Below, one piece after another: positions 10,668 to 19,293 of a DNA stretch of 64,000 nucleotides (position 1 is its first letter; each line of letters opens with the position of its first letter). The notes beneath the pieces are model-generated. The model was not told the origin of the DNA. It worked only from the letters and a program-made list of their open reading frames with translations, and searched no databases. Made by a program: the position numbers and the translations under genes. Source of the DNA: Candidatus Hydrogenedentota bacterium (GTDB lineage: Bacteria > Hydrogenedentota > Hydrogenedentia > Hydrogenedentales > SLHB01); the NCBI GenBank assembly GCA_045863295.1, contig BTWA01000009.1, forward strand, positions 32,001-96,000, read 5' to 3'.

Positions 10668-13165
10668 TCGCTGGTCGCCGTTTCCACATTGCCAGTGAAC
10701 CGGTGCAAAGCCGTTCCCTGCACCGGGTCGGCCTTCAGTGTAGCGAATGGAACCGGGGCAATGAAATCCATCGGGCCACCGGTCACGGTCACCGCGCCGT
10801 TGCGTTGCGTAATGGACTTGGCGTTGGGTGCCATTGTGACGAGGTAGTGGTGCTTCTGGCCGGTCCTTGGATTAACCACAAAAACAAACCCATGCGTGCC
10901 GTTGCGGTCCACATAGGGTTGGTACCAGTCGTTCCCGTATATCTGCTGATCGATGAAAAACCATTCGCCATCGCGGTTTTCCCAAAGCATCGGCGCCTTA
11001 TAGGGCACAAATCCTTCCACCAGAATGGGCGTCCAACCTTCGCCATCCGTCAGTACGAATTCAGCAAAGCCACCCGGGTCTGCGGTCACGCGAAATGGGA
11101 GTCCCGGCGATGCCGTGCCGTGCAGCACCTCAAGCGAAGGCATCTTCTCGCCGTATAACACCCGTTGAAGGCGCGCGGGCCGCTGATCCGAATCCGGTCC
11201 GCCGTAGGGCATGACGAACAAATGGGCCTCTAGCATATCGCCCTTTTTCAAATGGGACACCGGCGCCGGGCCCGTCAAGAACAATTCCGTCAACGTGGCT
11301 CCGCCGAAACAGCTCAGGCCAAAAGCGTCCAGGGGCTGTCCACCGATCTGACCCGATACACGGTTCACAAAGAAGGCCATGCAACCGTTCTTGTGGGGAT
11401 ATGCCGCGGCGTAAGCCCATTTCGACGCCAGCGGAACGCCTTCAAGGGCCCATGTGTCCGTGCCCGGCACGTCCACCGTCGTTTCTTGGCCGCCGGTATC
11501 GGTGTACGTCACTTTAGGCCACTTGGTGTTGACGATATACGCGCCCGCGTTCAAAAAGCGGAGGTGCTGTGCGCTGGGATCGTCAATCGCTACGTCGTTC
11601 AATACATCAATTTTCAACTTCATGAACGAACGCGCCTCGTCTTCCTGCGGCCATTCGGTTACTTCGACTGTTGTCTTTACGTTGCCGTCTTCGCTCATGT
11701 AGTCCACGGCGAAGTTCGCCAGATTCGGCGCCGTAAGATAAATGCGTGTATCGGTCAACCGGTTGTTAACCCATTGGCCATTGGAGCGGTATCGCAACAG
11801 GCCCACCACCGAAACATGGTCGTGTTGCGGTTGTCCGGTCCACATCGCATTGCTCAATCCGCGCACATCGGCCAGAAAATAGTTGCGCTTGTCCTCCCGC
11901 GCGAACTCGAATGGCACGTAGCAAAATGTCTCCGTCGGTCCAAGCGACGCGTGAAAATAGTGGTGATGGAAGCGGATGGAGGATATTTGCTTGAGCGGAT
12001 GGGTGCCCCAGTGGCCGAATAAATGAAGCACCCGTCCTTCAAATGTCTTTTCCGGAGAGACGGCTACCGGAAACCAGGATTCGCTAAATGCGGCGTCACC
12101 TTCCTCCTTACCCTCCTCGAACTCGCTCCCGAAATTCTTCGAGACCTGTACTTGAACAGGCAGGGGAAATCCATCGGCATTGGTAACAACGGCCGCTTCC
12201 AGCACTTCATAGTCACCGTGCACGTTAAACATGAGTTCCGCGGGCTGGGTCCAACCCACGGGTCCTTTCGTCCGGCTCACGGACAGGCGCGTTTCGAAAC
12301 GCTGGTTCGGATTGATCCAGGCCTCCTCGAAATGACGGGGGCCCGAATGTTCCATACGGACGCGGTAATAACCCTGTGCCTTCACGTACCCTTCGTACTC
12401 TCCCGAGGATACGGAAACGGAAACCGAGTCCGCATACATTTCGTTTCGGAGAAGATTCATCGCTTCAGCGTGCGTATCCCCGGCGACCAATACGATATGT
12501 TCGGAACGCGTACCGGTTTCCTCGGATCCAAAGGCGCATATCGCGTTTACACTGTTCCCATTGTCAATTCGAATGACACGTTTTCGTTGATTGCCGACCT
12601 GCCCTTTCCAACGCGGCAGAGCCATGAGCGTACTGGGCCGGGCGTCTCCCCATTGGAGGCCTTGCTGCAATTCGGCCTCATCGAAAGGCAACTGATTAAA
12701 CGTGTACCGCGCCCCCCCAAGCCACCCAAGAAGCAGCACCGGAACAGGACCCCGCGGCGTTACATTTAACTGCACAAATACCCGCTTCGCGTAACAGGTG
12801 TACACCACCTCGATATCCGCGGCAATGTCGTTCCAGCGCAAGTCGCGAAGATGAATCTCGTACATCTGCGTGCCAAACCGGTAAATGTTGAATCGGCCTG
12901 GACCCCACAAAGCAGCGGCATCCATAACAGGCATCAACGGGTTTGCTGGATCGATTAACTCGTCGCTCTTGGATCGAAACGAGTGAATCATTGGCACTTC
13001 GCGATCGAGGCGCATCGTGTACGTCTGGCCTTCCACGACGAGAAACCGCTTCGCCGCATCCTCGTAATACACGTTCACCGCAGCCTGATCGCGGGTGCCC
13101 TCGAACGCATACACCGCGGTGCACGCAGTCAACGCCAGAATTGCACCGGATACCGATTTCAACAT
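10664..13165 (-). CDS. Secreted hypothetical protein (833 aa)
   Basis: AGGAG SD precedes ATG 13165; signal peptide MLKSVSGAILALTACTAVYA-FE. The ORF-track extension to 13981 overlaps the rhomboid gene and is rejected. Confidence 0.8.
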   Translation of the reverse strand: MLKSVSGAILALTACTAVYAFEGTRDQAAVNVYYEDAAKRFLVVEGQTYTMRLDREVPMIHSFRSKSDELIDPANPLMPVMDAAALWGPGRFNIYRFGTQMYEIHLRDLRWNDIAADIEVVYTCYAKRVFVQLNVTPRGPVPVLLLGWLGGARYTFNQLPFDEAELQQGLQWGDARPSTLMALPRWKGQVGNQRKRVIRIDNGNSVNAICAFGSEETGTRSEHIVLVAGDTHAEAMNLLRNEMYADSVSVSVSSGEYEGYVKAQGYYRVRMEHSGPRHFEEAWINPNQRFETRLSVSRTKGPVGWTQPAELMFNVHGDYEVLEAAVVTNADGFPLPVQVQVSKNFGSEFEEGKEEGDAAFSESWFPVAVSPEKTFEGRVLHLFGHWGTHPLKQISSIRFHHHYFHASLGPTETFCYVPFEFAREDKRNYFLADVRGLSNAMWTGQPQHDHVSVVGLLRYRSNGQWVNNRLTDTRIYLTAPNLANFAVDYMSEDGNVKTTVEVTEWPQEDEARSFMKLKIDVLNDVAIDDPSAQHLRFLNAGAYIVNTKWPKVTYTDTGGQETTVDVPGTDTWALEGVPLASKWAYAAAYPHKNGCMAFFVNRVSGQIGGQPLDAFGLSCFGGATLTELFLTGPAPVSHLKKGDMLEAHLFVMPYGGPDSDQRPARLQRVLYGEKMPSLEVLHGTASPGLPFRVTADPGGFAEFVLTDGEGWTPILVEGFVPYKAPMLWENRDGEWFFIDQQIYGNDWYQPYVDRNGTHGFVFVVNPRTGQKHHYLVTMAPNAKSITQRNGAVTVTGGPMDFIAPVPFATLKADPVQGTALHRFTGNVETATSD

Positions 13166-13200
13166 GTACTGCCGACTCCTGACAAAGGGATGTCCTGCGG

Positions 13201-14187
13201 TTATTGCCGCACGTTCCATTGCGTGCCGATGCTTAAGGCCATGAAACCAAGCGTGAGCACCCAGATGACCCCGCTGATTCCCGCGGCCGTCATCCACACA
13301 CGGTTCCACGTGAATCGCCCGGGTATCTGGCGTATTGGTACAAAGCCCAAGAGGTAGCCCGCGGCGAAACCGCCAAAATGCGCCGCGTTGTTGGCCCCCA
13401 TGAAGAGGCCGAACAAGAAGCCGTACATGGCCCACTGCAAAAAGAACGATCGCATCACGAATCCGCGAACGCCGAAGTGTTGCGCACCGCCGATGCCATA
13501 CCCAATCAGTGCGAATAGCCAGCCCGAAGCCCCAACCGTGGGGACGTTGGAATGCCTGAACTCGAAGTACCACAGGTGGGTGGCGACAGCCGCGCCAAGT
13601 TGGCCTAGCGTGATTAGCACCAGCATCCGGCTGCGGCCTATGTGCGATTCGATTATAGGCCCGACCTGGGATACGGCGAATCCATTGAAAAAAAGATGAA
13701 TGATGCCGGCATGCAATAAACCGAAACTCATCAGACGCCAAAACTCCCAGGTGCGCAAGACCTGGGCCGGCTGGTACATGCCGAAAATCGCCAGGGTGTC
13801 CCTGGGGGGATTGAACGCGCCGATAAACCCGTCGCGTACAACGCCGAGCAGGAAGAAGGCCATAATGACACCCAGAAAACTGAACGTAACGGGGTTCGCG
13901 GATTCGGGGAAGACAATGCCCAGCATGCGAAATATGCGGTATCCCAACACCGAAGGAAGGCGAGCGCCGCACGACGCGCACCGCTTGTCCTCACGGTTAT
14001 TGATGGCTGAACACTTAAGACAAAACTTGTGAGGGTAATTCAGCCATTGAAGCGACACCGGAAGGCGCGAACCCTGGGAAGCCGCATTACTCCGGCGCTT
14101 TTCCCATTGGTAGAGCCGCCACTGTAGCTGCGTTGTATTGATTCCGATCCGTTCCAACCACGGCCGGAGTGAAGGAGGTATTTCCAT
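13201..14187 (-). CDS. Rhomboid family intramembrane serine protease with N-terminal zinc ribbon
   Basis: WR motif, HAGIIHLFFN, catalytic GASG and AHFGG; CLKC...CASC zinc ribbon. Confidence 0.92.
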   Translation of the reverse strand: MEIPPSLRPWLERIGINTTQLQWRLYQWEKRRSNAASQGSRLPVSLQWLNYPHKFCLKCSAINNREDKRCASCGARLPSVLGYRIFRMLGIVFPESANPVTFSFLGVIMAFFLLGVVRDGFIGAFNPPRDTLAIFGMYQPAQVLRTWEFWRLMSFGLLHAGIIHLFFNGFAVSQVGPIIESHIGRSRMLVLITLGQLGAAVATHLWYFEFRHSNVPTVGASGWLFALIGYGIGGAQHFGVRGFVMRSFFLQWAMYGFLFGLFMGANNAAHFGGFAAGYLLGFVPIRQIPGRFTWNRVWMTAAGISGVIWVLTLGFMALSIGTQWNVRQ

Positions 14188-14292
14188 GGGTACGTATTGG
14201 TTCTTGGTTCCGCCGCCACTGCGTTCAAAAAAGAGGGTTTCGCCTCCCCTCGTTCAGGAAAGGCGAAACCGTGCAAATTCTATTGCCAAAGT

Positions 14293-15225
14293 TTAACGAT
14301 CCGCCTTGCGCCGATCGACAAATACCGCGCTCTTGCCCTGCGGAACGGCTTTCTGCCGGGTCTGCGCCAGTATTTCAAAAAGTTTCTTGGCGCTTTTGAA
14401 CGCCCGGAACTGCGTATGACCCACGCCGATGGACAAGGCCATCAGCGGGTACTTGCCCTCTTTGCCGCTCTTGGCGGTCGCCATAATATAGCCTCGCTCT
14501 GCGTCGTCAGCCGTGTACAACTTCTTGACCATCCGGTCAAAGGACTCCGTCAACGTGTTGCAGAACCGCTCGTAGTCTTCCAGGTTCAACAGAACCACGA
14601 AGTGCTCGCCGCCCAAATGGCTGATGAATGTCTCGTAAATGCCGATCGTGTGCGTCAATTTCTTAAGCAGCTGCGCCATGAATTCCAGTGTACGCTTCTG
14701 GCCTTCCTGGCCATACACCGCGCAATACGGCTTGTAGCCTACGATGTCGATATAACAGGCCGCCAAGGGCACTCCCCGCGAAAGTCGATGATTGATTTCC
14801 CGCTTGATGGCTTCCGTTCCCGGAAGGTTCGTAATCGGGTTTAAACGCTTTATCGACTCCTGAAGCCCTTTCAGACTGTCAATCTTTTCCATCAACTGAT
14901 CCAGTTTGAATGGCTTCGTAAGGCAGTCGTCGGCCCCTTGTTCCAAGCCATGGAGTATCTCAGGCTCTTCGCCCAGCGCTGTCAGGATCAGCACGCTCAC
15001 GTTATAAAGTTCCGGATCCTTCCGGATGCGGCGGCAAATCTGGTAACCCGTCACGCCCGGCAACATAATGTCGAGAATCACAATTTCCGGACGCACATCT
15101 TTCGCGCGCTCAAACGCGCCTTCCCCGGAATTGATCGTGGACACGTCGTTGCCTTCCGCGGACAATTTGGTCTGAACCAATTCAGCCAAATCCACATCGT
15201 CGTCCACAAGCAAGATCTTGGACAT
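14293..15225 (-). CDS. Response regulator with a degenerate GGDEF domain
   Basis: Receiver motifs LLVDDD, ILDIMLP and TKPF, then NPITNLPG and HLGGEHF. SD AGGAAGGG upstream. Confidence 0.88.
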   Translation of the reverse strand: MSKILLVDDDVDLAELVQTKLSAEGNDVSTINSGEGAFERAKDVRPEIVILDIMLPGVTGYQICRRIRKDPELYNVSVLILTALGEEPEILHGLEQGADDCLTKPFKLDQLMEKIDSLKGLQESIKRLNPITNLPGTEAIKREINHRLSRGVPLAACYIDIVGYKPYCAVYGQEGQKRTLEFMAQLLKKLTHTIGIYETFISHLGGEHFVVLLNLEDYERFCNTLTESFDRMVKKLYTADDAERGYIMATAKSGKEGKYPLMALSIGVGHTQFRAFKSAKKLFEILAQTRQKAVPQGKSAVFVDRRKADR

Positions 15226-15558
15226 TCGAAACCCTTCCTTGGCGGCTCCTGAACTTCGGTAACGCGGTCACTCCGGGCAAAAAACGGCTTACCCGCGAGT
15301 AATGTCTCAGCAATATCCGGGCTCGGACGGCCCGGCGAAGTAGTGCCTGGACGCTGTGTCCCGACATCAAGTCGTTGAAATACGTGTATTTACTTATATC
15401 ACATGGCCCCTGTCCTACGCCAAGTTGTGAGCAGGGTATTCTTGACGTATAATGTGAGTCAGGACGTAAACTGGGCATACGCCCAACGTGGGCCATCAAC
15501 CTATCCCGTCTGATCTGCCGTCTGTCTGGCCGGGAAAGCCAATCAGGAGTGCACATAA

Positions 15559-16194
15559 ATGAAACGCCTTGCGGCAGTTTTGCTGGTACCCGTTCTCGCG
15601 TTCGTGTTCACCGCGTGCGAGAAAAAAGAACCGGAAAAGCCCGAGGCGCCGCCCCCGCCGCCACCCCCGTCCGCCGAGCAGCTATCGCAACAAGTCATCA
15701 CCCAGGTCACGCCCATGCTCGCCCTGGGGTCGGCCGGTTCGCCCCAGATGGTGGGAATGCTAACGGGAGAATTCGGAAAACTCAGGGGTGAAGTCAACGG
15801 CGAAAAAGCCATGATGCAAGTGCGAAATTGGCTCAAGGAACAGTTGCGGGCCTCCATGGACGCACAAGCCTGGGACGTGGCATTGGGACTTTGCGACGCC
15901 GTCGACGCCGTAGAACCCGGCAACAGCCGTACCACTCGCTCCCGGGAGCGCGCACTCTCGGAACGGAATAAACCTCAAGTCACCGTGAAGGGCTTCTACG
16001 AAGAAAAGACCAACGGCACGGTCACCATATTCATGGATGTCTATCTTCCCGCGACCGGCACCATGGAAAGCGTCCGGGTGCGTGAAGGGGAAGAAGTGCT
16101 GGGGCTCAAAATCGAGAAGATTATCGGCGACAACAAGGGTGTACGCATTAAGTATCTGGAAACCGGACAGTCCTATGACGTTGCGGGCCCCTGA
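15559..16194 (+). CDS. Lipoprotein, hypothetical (paralog of the next gene)
   Basis: AGGAG SD; lipobox FTAC; poly-Pro linker; C-terminal beta domain shared with 16224..16928. Confidence 0.8.
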   Translation: MKRLAAVLLVPVLAFVFTACEKKEPEKPEAPPPPPPPSAEQLSQQVITQVTPMLALGSAGSPQMVGMLTGEFGKLRGEVNGEKAMMQVRNWLKEQLRASMDAQAWDVALGLCDAVDAVEPGNSRTTRSRERALSERNKPQVTVKGFYEEKTNGTVTIFMDVYLPATGTMESVRVREGEEVLGLKIEKIIGDNKGVRIKYLETGQSYDVAGP

Positions 16195-16223
16195 CGCGGC
16201 CGCCTACATGGGAGAATGGCGTC

Positions 16224-16928
16224 ATGCAGGCGCGCAACGTTCATCGACGCCTGAGGTGGAATTCGGGTCCGTCATGCGTCTGCCTCGCCCTCGTTCTGGG
16301 GTCGCTCGGCTGTGATGAGTCGGTCCTGCGGCCACCGCAAACCGTTCAGCCTCCCGGTCAGCCGCCTGATGCGGCAGCCATTGAACGTGAAATTCGCACG
16401 GGTCTGGATCCACTGCTTCAGGGTGCGCCCCTGATCGATGCCAACACGCAGGTGTTGCCGCAAAACTACCAAGCCTGGATCGCCCACGCGCGGCAAATGA
16501 TAGCTTCCCATGCAAACTCCGGAGAGGGGCGGAAGGCCATCAATGCCGTAACGCACGATCTGGAAGAGGCGCTCCGCACCGTACGAAACGCCGGCAACGT
16601 CGGATACGTGTTGGTATTTGCCGAACTGGTTCGTATATTTGATCCCGGCACCGTCAAAGTCCAGAGGCACGAGGAATGGGCGCAACTACGCAGAAACCGG
16701 CCAATCGTCACCATTCGCGGGTGGTTTGAGCGGTTGGATGCCGATATTGAGATTATCGACGTGTTTTTGGAAGTCTATCTCCCGGAATCCGGCGAGTCGC
16801 GCCATATGCGCGTGCGCCCCGGCGAAGAATTCCTCAATTTGAAATTCGAAAAGATGATTGGGGATAAAAAGGGCATTCAGTTTTACTACGAACCCACCAA
16901 CGAAGTGTTTGAGGTATACGGTCCGTGA
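16224..16928 (+). CDS. Lipoprotein, hypothetical (paralog of the previous gene)
   Basis: Lipobox SLGC; shares VYLP..G....RVR.GEE...LK.EK.IGD.KG with the upstream gene. Confidence 0.8.
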   Translation: MQARNVHRRLRWNSGPSCVCLALVLGSLGCDESVLRPPQTVQPPGQPPDAAAIEREIRTGLDPLLQGAPLIDANTQVLPQNYQAWIAHARQMIASHANSGEGRKAINAVTHDLEEALRTVRNAGNVGYVLVFAELVRIFDPGTVKVQRHEEWAQLRRNRPIVTIRGWFERLDADIEIIDVFLEVYLPESGESRHMRVRPGEEFLNLKFEKMIGDKKGIQFYYEPTNEVFEVYGP

Positions 16929-18625
16929 CGCAATCCGAAAACGGACGCCGCTTTGGCGTCGTGGCCTCCCTGTTGCTGCTTGCTTTGGTCGTGTTGGCAT
17001 ACGCGCCCAGTTTCAAAGGCGGATACGTATGGGACGACTATTCGTCGATTGTCCTGAATCAACACGTTCAGGATCCCAGTGCAATCCTTTCCCTTTTCGC
17101 GGAGGATTTCCACACGTTCGGACGCGGAAAAGGCAACTTCTACCGGCCTATACAGGCGGTTACCTACATGGTCGAATACGCCATGTCCAGTCCAATGACA
17201 CATCCCGCGCCGGGTGCCACGGAACCGTGGATGAGTCCGTTTCTGTTCCGCGTGGGCAATGCCCTCTGGCACGCCTTCGCATCCATCATGCTGCTTGCTC
17301 TGCTGGGCCGGTTGGGTGTGTCCAACGGCGTCCGGTTTGTCCTTTGCGCGTTGTACGCCGTGCATCCTATTCACACCGAGGCGGTCGCCTACATTAGCGG
17401 CCGCGCCGATTCCCTGTCCGCCGGTTTTATGTTCGCGTCGCTCTATTGTGTGCTATCAGACCGCCGGTGGGTTTCCACGGGGCTCTCCATGGTTTGGTTT
17501 GTCGTTGCGCTTTGCAGCAAGGAATCGTCGACGATGCTTCCATTCCTGTTGCTCGCGCTCTGGTTGACGCTGCCGCGAAATGAGGAAGGCAAAGCCCGCC
17601 GGAAATCGATGTGGATTCCCATGGCCGCCAGCGGAGTAATTGTCGCCATATACGGTGTCCTCCGCATGACCGTGCTTCAATTCAGCCAGAACGCCTCCGG
17701 CCGCGAACTGAGTTTTGCCGACCGGGCCATTGAAGCGATGCAAGCGCTCGCACTATATGCCGGCCTGTTCTTCGTGCCGACTGGTTTGCACATGGAGCGC
17801 ACCCTGGACGACGTGCCCGTATGGCTCGCCGCCGTGGGACTGCTTCTCCTCGTTACGTTCGCAGGGGTCGCGTTCATAGCGTGGCGGAAAGGCTGGACCC
17901 CGGTCGCGTTCGGGCTCCTCTGGTTTCTTATCACATGGCTGCCCATTTCCGGACTGTTTCCACTCAACGCGCCCATGGCAGAGCATTGGATGTACGTGCC
18001 GATGGCCGGATTCATGCTCGCTCTGCTGACCATACTGGGCTCGATACTGCGCGCCACCCCTGCAAGGACCATCGCGGCGGGAGTTGCGTTCGCGGTCTGT
18101 ACCGCCTTTGTGATCTTGACGGTGCAACGCGCCGACGATTGGACGTCCAATGAAAAACTGTATCTCGCCACGCTGCGAGAGAACCCCAATACGACGCGTG
18201 TCCATTACAACCTCGCCGTGACCTACGAGGAACTCATCGGAAATCCGCCCGGCGCGAAGCGCCACTACGAGGCGGTTCTCGCAATCTACGACAAAAAACA
18301 CCAAGCCGCCGGCATCAGCCCTAGCGAAGTCCGGTTTACTGACGAGGAACTCGAGTCCCACCTGTCGCTCGGGAAAATGGCATTGGATCAGCAGCGCTTT
18401 GGTGAAGCCTTACCCCATTACACCGTCGTCCTCCGGCTGCAACCGACCGACGAAACCAAACCGCTCATCGCCGCCGCGTCCCTTGGCGCGGGCCAGTGCC
18501 TGCTCGCCTTGGGCGATCCGGAAAAAGCACAGCAGATGTTCCAGCAGGCGGTCACCATGGATCCGTCCATGCAACAGGATATCAACCGGCTGATGGGTGG
18601 ACCATTGCAGCCCGCAACCACTTGA
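16925..18625 (+). CDS. TMTC-like GT-C membrane glycosyltransferase with C-terminal TPRs
   Basis: YVWDD, FYRPI, HPIHTEAVAYISGRAD, SKES and AEHWMYVP motifs, followed by TPR-like helices. Confidence 0.85.
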   Translation: MTQSENGRRFGVVASLLLLALVVLAYAPSFKGGYVWDDYSSIVLNQHVQDPSAILSLFAEDFHTFGRGKGNFYRPIQAVTYMVEYAMSSPMTHPAPGATEPWMSPFLFRVGNALWHAFASIMLLALLGRLGVSNGVRFVLCALYAVHPIHTEAVAYISGRADSLSAGFMFASLYCVLSDRRWVSTGLSMVWFVVALCSKESSTMLPFLLLALWLTLPRNEEGKARRKSMWIPMAASGVIVAIYGVLRMTVLQFSQNASGRELSFADRAIEAMQALALYAGLFFVPTGLHMERTLDDVPVWLAAVGLLLLVTFAGVAFIAWRKGWTPVAFGLLWFLITWLPISGLFPLNAPMAEHWMYVPMAGFMLALLTILGSILRATPARTIAAGVAFAVCTAFVILTVQRADDWTSNEKLYLATLRENPNTTRVHYNLAVTYEELIGNPPGAKRHYEAVLAIYDKKHQAAGISPSEVRFTDEELESHLSLGKMALDQQRFGEALPHYTVVLRLQPTDETKPLIAAASLGAGQCLLALGDPEKAQQMFQQAVTMDPSMQQDINRLMGGPLQPATT

Positions 18626-18665
18626 AGCAACGGCCACCAGAGCCGAATGGGGGATTAAACTGACT

Positions 18666-19079
18666 ATGTTGAGAACTCGTCTCTTGCACCCGGACTTGCT
18701 GTCTGCTCTTGCCGCGGCGGGACACGGCGCGCGCGTACTCATTACTGACGGAAACTTTCCCGCCAGCACCCATCTTGGCGACAGCGCCGAAGTCGTGTAC
18801 CTCAACCTTGCGCCCGGAAAACTGAACGTGACCGAAGTACTGGAAGTTCTTTTGACGGCAATACCTGTCGAGGAAGCTGCCGTCATGGAACCGGACGAAG
18901 GTCCGGAACCCGAGATTTTCGACGAGTTTCGGACCCTGATGCCCGAGCTGGACTTGGCAAAGTACGACCGGTTTGCCTTCTATGAAGAAGCAGCCAGTCC
19001 AGACACCTGTTTGATGATTGTTACGGGCGAACGCCGGATTTATGCGAATTTGCTGCTGACAATTGGCGTCGTGACCTGA
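18666..19079 (+). CDS. RbsD/FucU family sugar mutarotase/pyranase
   Basis: LLHPDLLSALAAAGHG, ITDGNFP, RFAFYE and TGERRIYAN motifs. Confidence 0.9.
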   Translation: MLRTRLLHPDLLSALAAAGHGARVLITDGNFPASTHLGDSAEVVYLNLAPGKLNVTEVLEVLLTAIPVEEAAVMEPDEGPEPEIFDEFRTLMPELDLAKYDRFAFYEEAASPDTCLMIVTGERRIYANLLLTIGVVT

Positions 19080-19216
19080 ATTCGAGCACGGAACTTATTC
19101 GCATTTTTCTTATTCCACGGCGACGCTGTAATCCCCTGTAAACATGACCGGATTTATGGCCCTAACAGCTTGTGAACAACCGGAATAGAACAAACAAATT
19201 ACCAACAAGGGATTAG

Positions 19217-19245
19217 TTGACACCCCTATAGACGCGTGTTATCAT
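19217..19245 (+). promoter_or_regulatory. Sigma70-type promoter of the 19294 gene
   Basis: TTGACA (19217-19222), 17 bp, TATCAT (19240-19245), with an extended -10 TG. Confidence 0.65.
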
Positions 19246-19293
19246 GCCCTCGGTAACCCAATAAACCTGAGCCACCCACGGAGGTAAGGTCTC

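Noticed and set aside
13166..13981. N-terminal extension of the 1105-aa ORF
   Set aside because: It overlaps the rhomboid gene in another frame; the SD and signal peptide place the start at 13165.
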